DNA of 64,000 bases from an uncultured Candidatus Saccharibacteria bacterium (lineage in GTDB: Bacteria > Patescibacteriota > Minisyncoccia > Phycocordibacterales > UBA9973), in contig CAZSFP010000003.1 in assembly GCA_964606285.1 (NCBI GenBank), positions 20,967 through 84,966 on the forward strand. Reading direction: 5' to 3'. The stretch's first letter is position 1; every line of letters begins with the position of its first letter. The position numbers were made by a program, and so were the translations under genes. Positions 10,006 through 19,933 of the stretch are shown piece after piece. The notes below the pieces were generated by a model. It was given only the letters and a program-made list of their open reading frames with translations, did not search any database and had not been told where the DNA came from.

Positions 10006-10785
10006 ATGCTAGAAATACCCCGAGACATTAAACAATCATTAGGAGATATAGGACTTGATCGCGCGGAGATCCAGGTTTGTGTACTTCTTTTGAAAAAGAA
10101 TTTTTTGAGTATCCAAGAAATAACCAATGAAGTGAAGCTCCCCCGCTCGTCGGTGCAACTTGCCTGTGAGAACCTCCTCAATACCGGTGTCTTGAAAGTA
10201 TCAATAACCGGCAAGCGTAGAAGTTTTTATATAGAAAATGCGCACAGTATCGAACAGCACTTATCACAAAAAGAAAAAGACATTCAATCACAAAAGATTA
10301 CACTCCACAGCATTCTTCCGAAACTCTCAGCTATCCAGGCCATCGCCCAAGATGCTGAACCGATCGAAATAGAAGAACTCTCCGGTGAAGACGGCTTTGT
10401 CGAAACCTTTTATCGTTCACTCAACCAACCAAAGAACTCAGAAGTCTTGCGATTTACCGGAAATCCAGAAACATTTACTGTTGCTCGGGAAAAATTGAAA
10501 CAATACCGCGAACAACGAATGAAAAAGAAAATATACTCAAAAGTAATCCATCCTGAATCATCTCAAAAAGAAGAAGAAGCTCGTGATGCTGTAGGCAAAA
10601 TGCGCGAAGTTCGATTTTTACCGAAAGAACTCTATAATCCAAAAGTACAGATGTCGACATGGCAAGACAATGTCGCAGTGACTGTCTGGGACAAAGGACT
10701 TCATTCGATCATCATCAAAAACAAAGCATTTGCAGACAGCATGAAACAACTCTTCACGATCGCATGGAATCAAGCAAAGAATTAA
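10006..10785 (+). CDS. TrmB-family transcriptional regulator
   Basis: N-terminal wHTH (L..IGL...EIQV..LL..LPRSSV...LL..G); C-terminal sensor-like domain (EVRFLP..VAVT..IIIKNKAFADSMKQLF). Confidence 0.8.
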   Translation: MLEIPRDIKQSLGDIGLDRAEIQVCVLLLKKNFLSIQEITNEVKLPRSSVQLACENLLNTGVLKVSITGKRRSFYIENAHSIEQHLSQKEKDIQSQKITLHSILPKLSAIQAIAQDAEPIEIEELSGEDGFVETFYRSLNQPKNSEVLRFTGNPETFTVAREKLKQYREQRMKKKIYSKVIHPESSQKEEEARDAVGKMREVRFLPKELYNPKVQMSTWQDNVAVTVWDKGLHSIIIKNKAFADSMKQLFTIAWNQAKN

Positions 10786-10841
10786 GGAAATAAAAAAAAT
10801 CCCGCAAAATATGCGGGACTTTTATTAACCTCATGTTGAAG

Positions 10842-11204
10842 TTATGCTTTAACGGGCAAATGTTTGAAGCGTTCGGCTACCGGTAATTGAAGGAATTGTT
10901 CACGGTCTTTTACTGCTTTTTTTACTTTTTGCTCGTATTCAGGGGTCATAGCAACTTGTGTTGTATTTTCCCATTTTTCGAGCGCCCAACTCCATTCTTT
11001 TTGATGGATGGGTTTTCCGTTCTGAATTTCAAACGGGTTTGTTTTGTAATTTCCATCTTTGTCTGTATAGATATAGATGCAATTTTTTTGTCCGTCACCT
11101 GACAATAAATTCAGATTATTGCCGTCTTTCGTTACAATGTAACGTGAACCGGTTACTTTTCTTCTGGTCTTTTGCTGAGTCTCAGCGGGTTTTACTTCTG
11201 CCAT
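10842..11204 (-). CDS. Hypothetical protein
   Basis: ORF with probable start MAEVK; own promoter and terminator. Confidence 0.6.
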   Translation of the reverse strand: MAEVKPAETQQKTRRKVTGSRYIVTKDGNNLNLLSGDGQKNCIYIYTDKDGNYKTNPFEIQNGKPIHQKEWSWALEKWENTTQVAMTPEYEQKVKKAVKDREQFLQLPVAERFKHLPVKA

Positions 11205-11317
11205 GAGCGGTAAGTTTTTTAAATTGTGAATACTACAATATGTCACCTTCTATTATAGCAGATAATGGATATTTGTCAATATCAATAATTCCTTATAAAA
11301 TCACGTATAATGAGCAT

Positions 11318-11827
11318 ATGAAACTACTTGCAATCGATCCCGGATACGAAAGAATTGGCATTGCCATACTAGAAAAACCAACTGGAGCAAAAGAAACTCT
11401 CCTTTATTCTGACTGTTTCAAAACCAGTGCAAAACTCACGTTCGCTGAACGTCTCGTGCTTATCGGTGATGAAATCGAACGAGTGATAAAAAAATACAAA
11501 CCAACAGTACTCGCGATCGAAAAATTATATTTCGCAAAAAATACGACAACCGCAATGGGTGTTGCCGAAGCACGCGGTGTCATCATCTATCACGCAGCGA
11601 AATATGATTGTACTGTATATGAATACACACCGATGGAGATCAAGGTCGCAGTGACCGGCTATGGCAAAGCATCAAAAGACAATATCACCTTCATGACGCA
11701 AAAATTGATAGACACACCGAAAGATAAAAAAATGATCGACGATGAGCTCGATGCCATCGCCGTCGGACTCACGTGTTTCGCGTGTGAAAAATTTCCTACT
11801 TCGCTAAAGTTACGTAGGACTTCGTAA
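11318..11827 (+). CDS. ruvC: Crossover junction endodeoxyribonuclease RuvC
   Basis: LAIDPG, AIEKLYF, EARGVI, YTP..IK.AVTGYG.ASK, DD..DAIA. Confidence 0.95.
   Translation: MKLLAIDPGYERIGIAILEKPTGAKETLLYSDCFKTSAKLTFAERLVLIGDEIERVIKKYKPTVLAIEKLYFAKNTTTAMGVAEARGVIIYHAAKYDCTVYEYTPMEIKVAVTGYGKASKDNITFMTQKLIDTPKDKKMIDDELDAIAVGLTCFACEKFPTSLKLRRTS
11795..11820. repeat. REP-like palindrome inside the ruvC 3' end
   Basis: CCTACTTCGCTAAAGTTACGTAGG; its reverse complement shares AACTTTAGYGAAGT with the yraN insert. Confidence 0.6.
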
Positions 11828-11832
11828 ATAAT

Positions 11833-13413
11833 TTAACTAAAACTCTTTGGTCTATATTGCAATGCTTCGAGGAGATGTGGTGATTCGATCGTTTCACTGC
11901 CCGCAAGATCGGCAATCGTTCGGGCAAGCTTGATGACGCGATGATACGCACGACCGGAGAGCGCGAGTTTCTCGGCACTCTGATTGAGTAGAGCTCGTGC
12001 CGCATCAGACAGAACGATATGTGTATCGATATCTTTCACTGACATGTCACTGTTCGTTTGAATCTTTTTTGCGTGCCCTGCAAAACGATCGCGTTGTTTT
12101 GCACGAGCCGTTTCTACACGTGTGGCAATTGTTGCAGATGTTTCACCAGTCGAAAGTGTTCCCAATTTGTCATACTCAACCTCACCAACCGACACCCACA
12201 TGTCGATACGGTCCATGATCGGGCCAGAAATTTTTCGTTCATAGCGAGCGATATCGGACTGTTTACACTTACATGTTTTTGTTCGTGCGGTCCGATACCC
12301 GCATGGACACGGATTCATCGCTGCAACGAGAATAAAATGTGCAGGGAACAGCGCCGTGCCTTTGGATCGAGAAATAGAGACGACTCGATCTTCGAGTGGC
12401 TGGCGCAGACTCTCCACTACTCGTTTATCGAATTCAGGAAATTCATCGAGGAACAAAACACCACGATGCGCGAGCGTGACTTCACCCGGTTTTGGATATG
12501 TACCGCCACCAACGATCGCAACATACGATGCCGTATGATGTGGTGATCGGAATGGTGGCCAGACAATCATCGGATCTGATCCAATACTCCCGACAATAGA
12601 ATGAATTCCAGTGACCTCGAGTGCAGTATCCTGATCAAGTGTCGGAAGAAGTGCAGTGAATGCACGGGCGAGCATGGTTTTTCCTGTTCCCGGCGGACCA
12701 TAGAGCGCGATGTTGTGACCACCCGCTGCCGCAATCTCGAGTCCCCGTTTGGCAGTGTCCTGACCACGGACATCTTTGAAATCTACTGCAAAATATCGTT
12801 CTTTGATTTCTTTGTCTTTTCGTACATATGGCGAAATCAATACCCGTGGAATGATGAGGTCTCGCTGCGGCTTGCCAGAATTTTTTTCCGCATCAGTCAC
12901 GAGATGACAGATCACATCGAGCAATGTTTTTACCGGATACACCGTTATACCGTCGATGAGAGATGCTTCTTCTGCATTTTGAAATGGAACAAATACATCA
13001 GTAAAACCTTCTTCTTTTGCCGTCCGGACAATAGAGATCACACCTTTGACCGGCAATAATTCACCATTGAGTGCCAGTTCTCCGAGGAACAATTTTCCTG
13101 CCGGATCAAATGAGATAACACCATCAGAGAGCAGATATGCGAGCGCGATGCCGACATCATAGTACGAGCCTTCTTTTTTGAGATCTGCAGGTGAGAGCGA
13201 CACAACGATTTTTTGATTCTGACTTTTTGGTGAAACGAAATTACTATTCTTCAGCGCACTAGCGACACGATCACGCGCTTCATCGACTGCCTTGTCCGGC
13301 AATCCAACAAGAGAAAATGCGTGGAGAGTATTTTTTGTAATATCGACTTCAATACTGACGATATGACCAGTGAGAAGATATGGCTGTGCTGCAAAAACAC
13401 GAGCAAATGACAT
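11833..13413 (-). CDS. comM: YifB/ComM Mg-chelatase-like AAA+ ATPase
   Basis: VGLPDKAV.EAR.RV, GPPGTGKT, PFRSPHH, PGEVTLAHRGVLFLDE, NPCPCG. Confidence 0.95.
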   Translation of the reverse strand: MSFARVFAAQPYLLTGHIVSIEVDITKNTLHAFSLVGLPDKAVDEARDRVASALKNSNFVSPKSQNQKIVVSLSPADLKKEGSYYDVGIALAYLLSDGVISFDPAGKLFLGELALNGELLPVKGVISIVRTAKEEGFTDVFVPFQNAEEASLIDGITVYPVKTLLDVICHLVTDAEKNSGKPQRDLIIPRVLISPYVRKDKEIKERYFAVDFKDVRGQDTAKRGLEIAAAGGHNIALYGPPGTGKTMLARAFTALLPTLDQDTALEVTGIHSIVGSIGSDPMIVWPPFRSPHHTASYVAIVGGGTYPKPGEVTLAHRGVLFLDEFPEFDKRVVESLRQPLEDRVVSISRSKGTALFPAHFILVAAMNPCPCGYRTARTKTCKCKQSDIARYERKISGPIMDRIDMWVSVGEVEYDKLGTLSTGETSATIATRVETARAKQRDRFAGHAKKIQTNSDMSVKDIDTHIVLSDAARALLNQSAEKLALSGRAYHRVIKLARTIADLAGSETIESPHLLEALQYRPKSFS

Positions 13414-13457
13414 ACAAATATTCTAGCAACTTTAAAATAAAATGCATGTGTATTTTT

Positions 13458-13578
13458 TCCTCCCCTGCGAAGGGGAGGTGGATTTTTGTAATCAAAAATA
13501 CGGAGGGGTGGTATTTCTTTATTCATTGTTTTTTCACCCCCTCGGCTTTACAGCCACTCCCCCTTCGCAGGGGGAGAA
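13458..13578. repeat. MITE/REP-like inverted repeat
   Basis: CTCCCCTGCGAAGGGGAG at both ends in inverted orientation. Confidence 0.7.
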
Positions 13579-13659
13579 AATACAATTCAAAAAAATACAC
13601 GCGGGTCTGCGTGTATTTTTTTTGTTTTTTTCTACATACTACTCACTGGAAACTACTTA

Positions 13660-14016
13660 CTATTCATTGATATGGGTGAGGCATGTTCGTGCCGCAGGAT
13701 TCGCGTCGAGCCGAGACGGTTCGATCGGCATTTGGCAAACTTCGCAGATGCCGTATGTACCGATGTCCATTTTTGCGAGGGCTCCACTAACATCGTTCAA
13801 TCGTTTTTCCAAAATTTTCACTTCTGAGCTTTTTTCTTCGAAATCTTCGAAGCGGTCAGCATTTTCATTTGAGTCTGCTTCTCCTGATTCAGCAGGTGTT
13901 GGTGCAACATCCCACGTACCGGTTGTCGGATTGTTATATGCACCAATATTTTTCATATTAGCCAAAATGGTTTCTTTTTCTTGCTCAAGGATTTGTTTGT
14001 ATTGTTCGGTGTTCAT
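13660..14016 (-). CDS. TraR/DksA C4-type zinc finger protein
   Basis: AL.KMD.GTYGICEVC..PI...RL.ANPAARTC. Confidence 0.85.
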   Translation of the reverse strand: MNTEQYKQILEQEKETILANMKNIGAYNNPTTGTWDVAPTPAESGEADSNENADRFEDFEEKSSEVKILEKRLNDVSGALAKMDIGTYGICEVCQMPIEPSRLDANPAARTCLTHINE

Positions 14017-14033
14017 GGGTCAATTATATCACA

Positions 14034-14906
14034 TTAGGACCGCTTGGCGAAGAATTGTGCGACCAGTGCAGAAAATCCTTCAGTACTTGTACTGATACCG
14101 ATCGTTGTATCATTGAGAAATCCGTAGACGAGAGCAACTGTTCCATCTGTTTGCTTGAGAACACGAACGTATTTATTCGCAATGACATCAGAAGAAAACC
14201 TACCAGTAAAAAGTTCTGGGTGTGCACCGGCATCGATAGAAAGAATGTTATACAGATCATCAAACAGTTTTGTTTCCCACGCAGTCATTCCTGCTGCCGC
14301 ATCTGTATATTCAGAAACTTCAAAGAGTATGTACGGTGTCTGTAAAGTTGCACCCGAGGCGATTTCGCCAATCATCCATCGTGGGATCAAGAGTTTTTTG
14401 AATGAATCTTCCACGTGTGCATCAATACGAGAAAGAAAATCTGAAGCTGGTATGACCGTTGATCCACCAAGACTATAATCGGTCAAATACAAGTACGCCG
14501 CATTTTCGGTCAATGGTTCAAGACCAGCAACCGCAAGTCCGATCTTTTGTCGCAGAACCGTTGGATCAGTATCAGTCACGATAAATTCCTTGGCGGTTTC
14601 CGCAACGATGATCGATGACACTTTCTGCGTTTGAACGACAGTAACCGTCGCTATTTTTGGCAAGCTGTATATGATTGCACCGCAAGCAATGAGAATGAGT
14701 GCGACACTACCGATGACATATGCAGTATTTTTCGGAGTTTTGATTGACACTTCGGCAACCGCTGCCTCCTGAGCAGCGTCTTCGATGATCGCCTGGCGAA
14801 CAATGCGCCCTTCACCGGAAACAACAGCTTCTCCCATATCACTCGAAAACGTTCGAAGAATACCTTTCGGCTTTTGATCAGGATTTTGTACTTCATCAGG
14901 ATTCAT
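14034..14906 (-). CDS. Hypothetical single-TM membrane protein
   Basis: 290 aa; LRTF..D N-terminus; one TM. Confidence 0.7.
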   Translation of the reverse strand: MNPDEVQNPDQKPKGILRTFSSDMGEAVVSGEGRIVRQAIIEDAAQEAAVAEVSIKTPKNTAYVIGSVALILIACGAIIYSLPKIATVTVVQTQKVSSIIVAETAKEFIVTDTDPTVLRQKIGLAVAGLEPLTENAAYLYLTDYSLGGSTVIPASDFLSRIDAHVEDSFKKLLIPRWMIGEIASGATLQTPYILFEVSEYTDAAAGMTAWETKLFDDLYNILSIDAGAHPELFTGRFSSDVIANKYVRVLKQTDGTVALVYGFLNDTTIGISTSTEGFSALVAQFFAKRS

Positions 14907-15049
14907 ACTTGTATGATAACAGTCTGATGGTAATAGTAAAGAAAATATTTTGTAAATTAGTTCATATACATGCAGTAATAGGATTATTTGACAATATGTT
15001 TATAAAATGATACTGTATGAAAAAATAATTTCATTTAAAATATAGAAAA

Positions 15050-15502
15050 ATGGCAGAAGAAAAAACTCCCGTTATGCCCGCAAAACCATACAAACCATGT
15101 CAACTTGGTTCATTTGGCAAAGCTTCTTACATGTTTTTACGCCAATACAATTTTCCCAGTGAATATAATTTTCCAGATGAAAAAATTGAAACTGCCGATA
15201 GTGATCGACTTGAACACAGCTACGTAAATAATTGCTTTAAAAAATATATTTCTAATGGAGAACGTGGTTTTGAAAATTGGATTTTACAAAAATCTACCAC
15301 TGACGAAATAATTCTTTCTTTGGTAAAAGAAATGCTGAATGTTCACGGAAAATACACAGGATATCGCGTGATTGGTGGTGTTAATGGAGGAGGATATGCC
15401 ATTTGGACATTTCAACTTTTTATGAAAACCGAAATTAGTGATACAAAACTCTATACAAACAGCGGCATGTTTTCAGAGGCTCCTAATATCATAGACAAGT
15501 AA
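15050..15502 (+). CDS. Hypothetical protein
   Basis: 150 aa; TTGACA promoter upstream; terminator downstream. Confidence 0.65.
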   Translation: MAEEKTPVMPAKPYKPCQLGSFGKASYMFLRQYNFPSEYNFPDEKIETADSDRLEHSYVNNCFKKYISNGERGFENWILQKSTTDEIILSLVKEMLNVHGKYTGYRVIGGVNGGGYAIWTFQLFMKTEISDTKLYTNSGMFSEAPNIIDK

Positions 15503-15556
15503 CACTTGTGTAAATAAAATTGCCCCACAAAATGTGGGGCAATTTTTAATTTTAAT

Positions 15557-16066
15557 CTACCGCATTCCAATCAAATACTTTCGCGGATTCTCTGAGAGGT
15601 CAAGGAAATCATCAGTTGCTTCACGAAGTTTGCCAGAGGTTGATTTACCAAATGAGGCAACTTCGACTTGAACAGCATGGATCTGGAGGTATTCCACGAG
15701 TGGAATATAGTCACCATCACCCGTGACAAGCACGATCGCATCGACTTTTGGTGCGATCGTGATCGCATCAACCGCGAGACCGACGTCCCAGTCTCCTTTC
15801 TTTGCACCACCTTGGAAGACTTGCAAATCTTTTGTTTTGGTTTCAATACCGATCTTTGTGAGGGCTTCGAAGAATGCTTTTTCGTCACCGGCCTCGGACG
15901 TGATGACATATGCCACCGCGCGGACGAGCTTGCGTCCTGCGACGGCGTCTTTGACGATCTGACCGAAATTTACTTTGCGTTTATAAAGATTTTTTGCGCT
16001 GTGATACAAGTTTTGTGCATCGATGAAAACAGCAACGCGCTGTTCTTTGTGTTTAATAATAGACAT
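15557..16066 (-). CDS. NYN domain protein (LabA/DUF88)
   Basis: VFIDAQNLY, KKGDWDVGLAVD, LVTGDGDY.PL, L.EATD.F.DL. Confidence 0.92.
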   Translation of the reverse strand: MSIIKHKEQRVAVFIDAQNLYHSAKNLYKRKVNFGQIVKDAVAGRKLVRAVAYVITSEAGDEKAFFEALTKIGIETKTKDLQVFQGGAKKGDWDVGLAVDAITIAPKVDAIVLVTGDGDYIPLVEYLQIHAVQVEVASFGKSTSGKLREATDDFLDLSENPRKYLIGMR

Positions 16067-16275
16067 AATAGATAGTATGAAGAAAATAGCACGGAGTACA
16101 TAGTACACTCACTATATTATTCAAATAAATAGAGAAACGTAATAAAAATAGAAACAAGAGAAGAATGTATATAAAATATAAAACAGATATATTCTCTTTT
16201 CTCTGCAATACCACCTCGAGAGGCAGCACACTCATTCTAACAGAAAGTCCGCCTATCGGCGGACATATCTGTGTA

Positions 16276-16536
16276 TTACCCTTTGATGTTTTTCATCGCA
16301 GCTGCAAATGCAGTTTTGTTTGTGCGTTCGAGGTATTTCAAATGTGTTCGGCGGTCAGCAACCATCTTGATGAGACCACGACGAGAATGGTTATCTTTCT
16401 TGTGTTTTTTCAAATGTCCCGCGAGTTCATCAATACGCGCAGAGAGAAGCGCGATCTGCAAAGGAGAAGACCCCGTGTCAGTTGCATGGATCTGGTTCTT
16501 TTTGATAAGTGATTGTTTTTTCTTTGTGGTAAGCAT
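16276..16536 (-). CDS. rpsO: 30S ribosomal protein S15
   Basis: DTGS..QIALL..RI..L..HL..HKKD.HSRRGL.KMV..RR..L.YL. Confidence 0.96.
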   Translation of the reverse strand: MLTTKKKQSLIKKNQIHATDTGSSPLQIALLSARIDELAGHLKKHKKDNHSRRGLIKMVADRRTHLKYLERTNKTAFAAAMKNIKG

Positions 16537-16681
16537 TGCACTTGGGATACTAACAAATAATGGTTCTTCTGGCAAGGGCCAACCTTTCTGCAGAGAATAT
16601 GTGCATAATAACAAATTTATATAAAAAAGTCAAGACCACGTACTGATGACGTGGTCGAGAGTGTAAAACAGGGACAATGAG

Positions 16682-17014
16682 CTAATTTTTTGATTTCTTT
16701 TTAATATTGTTGGCTTCATCCAATTCGCTTTGTGTAATAGTAATACCCGGAACAAACATACTAAAGAAAATCCTGAGATAGTACCCCGATCGGAAGACAT
16801 GCGTAAAGAAATTCTTCCATTCCTGATAAATAGACATCATCAATATGATATTGACACCTGTCAGTAATGCACCTATTGCATAAAAAGTACCTCCAAAAAA
16901 TGATTCTGTAGAAGATGTAGCCCAGAAGATGCTGTACACACAGAGTCCTGTAACAAGAAATACAAATAATTCACTTGCGATAAAATACTTCAATATACTA
17001 AATAGTGTTTTCAT
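16682..17014 (-). CDS. Hypothetical membrane protein
   Basis: 110 aa with hydrophobic segments. Confidence 0.6.
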   Translation of the reverse strand: MKTLFSILKYFIASELFVFLVTGLCVYSIFWATSSTESFFGGTFYAIGALLTGVNIILMMSIYQEWKNFFTHVFRSGYYLRIFFSMFVPGITITQSELDEANNIKKKSKN

Positions 17015-17077
17015 AGAGCAGAGTTTGATTTTTTCTTTAGTCTAGCACCAACCGACCCGAGACGCTATACTCTCTAT

Positions 17078-17989
17078 ATGACCGCTGTCCAAACACTCAA
17101 ACGCCAATTTCTCGAATACCTCGAAATCGAACGAGGTCTCAGTTTGAAGACCATCACCAACTATGACCGTTATCTCACCCGCTTTTTCGATCTTGCAAAA
17201 ATTACGGCTGTGGCTGATATCACAGAAGAAACAATCCGGTCATTTCGCCTGATGCTCAACCGCGCTCCGGGCATGAAAATCCGCGGACAATCTGCGACCA
17301 CACTCAAGAAGAACACACAAAATTATTATCTCATCGCATTGCGTGTCTTTCTGAAATACCTGCGAAAGAAATCCATCACCGCGCTGACACCAGACGCGAT
17401 CGAACTTGCAAAAATCCATGAGCGACACCTCGATCTCATTTCGACAGACGAACTGCAACGTCTCCTCACTGCACCAGACGGCACCGATATCCGATCATAT
17501 CGCGACAAAGCATTGCTCGCCCTCTTTTTCTCAACCGGTCTCCGTCTCTCAGAACTCTGTTCACTCAACCGTGATCTCGATCTGTCGAAAGATGAATTTT
17601 CGATTCGTGGAAAAGGTGAAAAAGTTCGCGTCGTCTTTCTCTCGCCAGCCGCCAAAGATGCCATCAAAACCTATCTCGCAAAACGCAAAGACACTGACGA
17701 ACCACTCTTCACTCAGCTCAGTCACAACAAAAACGAATCTGCACGTCTGACTCCCCGCTCCATCGAACGTATCGTGAAGCAGCACGCGATCAAAGCCGGT
17801 ATTTCAAAAAAGGTCACACCGCACGTCATCCGTCACTCGTTCGCCACCGACCTCCTCTCGAACGGCGCCGATATCCGCTCCGTCCAAATGATGCTCGGCC
17901 ACGCGAACATCGCCACGACACAAGTCTATACGCATATAACAGACAAGCAATTAAGAGACGTTCATAAGAAGTTTCACAGTAATAAATAA
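17078..17989 (+). CDS. XerC/XerD-family tyrosine recombinase
   Basis: TGLRLSEL, GKG.K.R.V, TPHVIRHSFAT, MLGH.NIATTQVY. Confidence 0.93.
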   Translation: MTAVQTLKRQFLEYLEIERGLSLKTITNYDRYLTRFFDLAKITAVADITEETIRSFRLMLNRAPGMKIRGQSATTLKKNTQNYYLIALRVFLKYLRKKSITALTPDAIELAKIHERHLDLISTDELQRLLTAPDGTDIRSYRDKALLALFFSTGLRLSELCSLNRDLDLSKDEFSIRGKGEKVRVVFLSPAAKDAIKTYLAKRKDTDEPLFTQLSHNKNESARLTPRSIERIVKQHAIKAGISKKVTPHVIRHSFATDLLSNGADIRSVQMMLGHANIATTQVYTHITDKQLRDVHKKFHSNK

Positions 17990-17991
17990 TT

Positions 17992-18065
17992 CCGCGATGC
18001 CTGCCCGGCACTAAGTGTACTCGCTTTAGTGTCGGGTCCACAAAAAATTCCATAGTCAGAAATAA
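17992..18065 (+). pseudogene. Displaced second copy of the xer 3' end, interrupted by a 37-bp REP
   Basis: CGC GAT [GCCTGCCCGG...GTCGG] GTC CAC AAA AAA TTC CAT AGT CAG AAA TAA = RD|VHKKFHSQK* versus current RDVHKKFHSNK*. Confidence 0.8.
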
Positions 18066-18111
18066 AAAACCGGTCGCAGTGACCGGTTTTTTTGATCTTT
18101 AAAGAAGACTG

Positions 18112-18921
18112 TTACTTCTTATAAAGTTCTGCAACTTTTCTCGGAGTAAACTTGTGATCTTCATAATATTCTTTATCGAATATCGGAACCTTCTTGAACA
18201 AAGAATACTCTTTGAATTTTTTGACTCGTTTCCTTTCCATAATTTTCTTAACAAATTGAGCAACTTCGATAGGCTGCAACCAGTACTCTGGATTCGCATC
18301 TGTCGCAGTAAATACGAACGGTCTCGTAATTAGTTCATTCGGACACAACACAGATGAAATGTTTATCAATGAAACAATTTCTGTTGCACCATTCTTTTGT
18401 CGATACACGATGCCTTCTTTCAATTTTTCAATTGATTTCCACCATGAAGTATGAGCACTAGGTTTATGTTCATCGGCAAGACCGCCAAACAATACAGCAT
18501 GAAACGGCTTTCTTGTTGCCTTTGCCAGGATTGAACAAAACTGAGTAAACAATATTTTTGTCAGATATAAACAACGATCATCAATACCATCTTTGTCATC
18601 ATCATACTGAAGAATCTTATTTCCTTTGGAATCGATTTCAAAAGGATATAGACCTACCGCATGGATATAAGAAATCTGATCAAATTTTTCACTGGCTATT
18701 GTTTCAGTAAATGCTAGTGCCATACACGCAGCGGATGTTTCTGAAGAAATAGAACAAATCAATGTTCTCACTGGAAGTTTTCCATCAACACAAAATTCTT
18801 TGAAGTCTTTTGCTTTTCTACTGATACCATACACGATTGTATCTTTTTGTGAGGCGAATAATCCAAGACATGCGGAACCAATAGCGCCTGTAACACCATG
18901 GATAATAACGAGTTTTTTCAT
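18112..18921 (-). CDS. NAD(P)-binding Rossmann-fold (SDR-like) protein
   Basis: VIIHGVTGAIG glycine motif; YGISR. Confidence 0.6.
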   Translation of the reverse strand: MKKLVIIHGVTGAIGSACLGLFASQKDTIVYGISRKAKDFKEFCVDGKLPVRTLICSISSETSAACMALAFTETIASEKFDQISYIHAVGLYPFEIDSKGNKILQYDDDKDGIDDRCLYLTKILFTQFCSILAKATRKPFHAVLFGGLADEHKPSAHTSWWKSIEKLKEGIVYRQKNGATEIVSLINISSVLCPNELITRPFVFTATDANPEYWLQPIEVAQFVKKIMERKRVKKFKEYSLFKKVPIFDKEYYEDHKFTPRKVAELYKK

Positions 18922-19058
18922 TTTTTTAATTATTAAGGTTAATTATTTTTTAAATTAAAACATAATTTATTACTTTTGTCTAAAATATTACGTTTTATAT
19001 AAGAAAAGTAAAAAAATATTTTACTTTTAGTATAATATCTGGTATATATAAGGTAGAT

Positions 19059-19898
19059 ATGAATATCCTGAATCCCGCATCCATAGAAGAACAAGTCGCA
19101 AATCTTCTACAAAAGAATTCATTGACCGGAGCACGGTTATTGGAAGAGATAAAAAAGGACCGACCCAAAACGACGAAACAAGCCGTGTATGCGGCACTTC
19201 GCGTACTTAGGAGCGGTGAGATTGTCGTAAAGCACAAGAAACTCTTTTCCCTCTCGAGTGTTTGGATCATGAAAATGGCAGAATTTTTCCAACTGGCAAA
19301 GCATTTCTATACAAAGACTGCCACCGCAGATGAAGGGTTCCTCAGTCTCGAAGACGGCGATCGAGTATCGTATGCGTTCAAGAACCCGAACGTTGCAGAT
19401 ATATTTTGGGGACATGCATTTGATATCTTGTCTGAGATCACCCCTCTCAATGAACCGGTATATCTCTACAATCCGCATGAGTGGTTTTTACTCGCCCGTC
19501 ATGACAGTGAGAAGGCAATCTTTGATCGAATCACGAAAACCGGCAAACAAGTCTTGGTCATTGCCGGCGGAAATACTATTCTTGATAAAAACTTAACAAA
19601 AGAATTTGATGGAAAAATTTCGCAGTATTATCCGACTGACGAAATGATTTTTGAAAAGAGAAATTATTATCTCAATATCTTTGATGATTTCATTATTGAA
19701 GCATTGATAGATGAGGATGTCGCAAAAAAGATTGATGCTTTCTATCAGACAACCTCGACATGGAACAAAGAATCAGAGATTGTCTTGAAAAGAATTATTG
19801 AGACTGAAGGAAAAAACAAACTGACCATTTCACGGAACAATAAACGTGCCGAGAAACTGAAAAAGATATTCAAAAAATATTTCTATATTCAAAAATAA
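19059..19898 (+). CDS. Putative wHTH transcriptional regulator (paralog of 37175-38038)
   Basis: T.QAVY.ALRVL...EIVVK..KLF.L..W; YNPHEWF. Confidence 0.65.
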   Translation: MNILNPASIEEQVANLLQKNSLTGARLLEEIKKDRPKTTKQAVYAALRVLRSGEIVVKHKKLFSLSSVWIMKMAEFFQLAKHFYTKTATADEGFLSLEDGDRVSYAFKNPNVADIFWGHAFDILSEITPLNEPVYLYNPHEWFLLARHDSEKAIFDRITKTGKQVLVIAGGNTILDKNLTKEFDGKISQYYPTDEMIFEKRNYYLNIFDDFIIEALIDEDVAKKIDAFYQTTSTWNKESEIVLKRIIETEGKNKLTISRNNKRAEKLKKIFKKYFYIQK

Positions 19899-19933
19899 AA
19901 AACCGCTTGTGGTGGGGCGGTTTTTTGTAGATC

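Noticed and set aside
17078-17989. Prophage or ICE integrase
   Set aside because: Size, motifs and host-like codon usage fit a housekeeping Xer; no phage genes nearby
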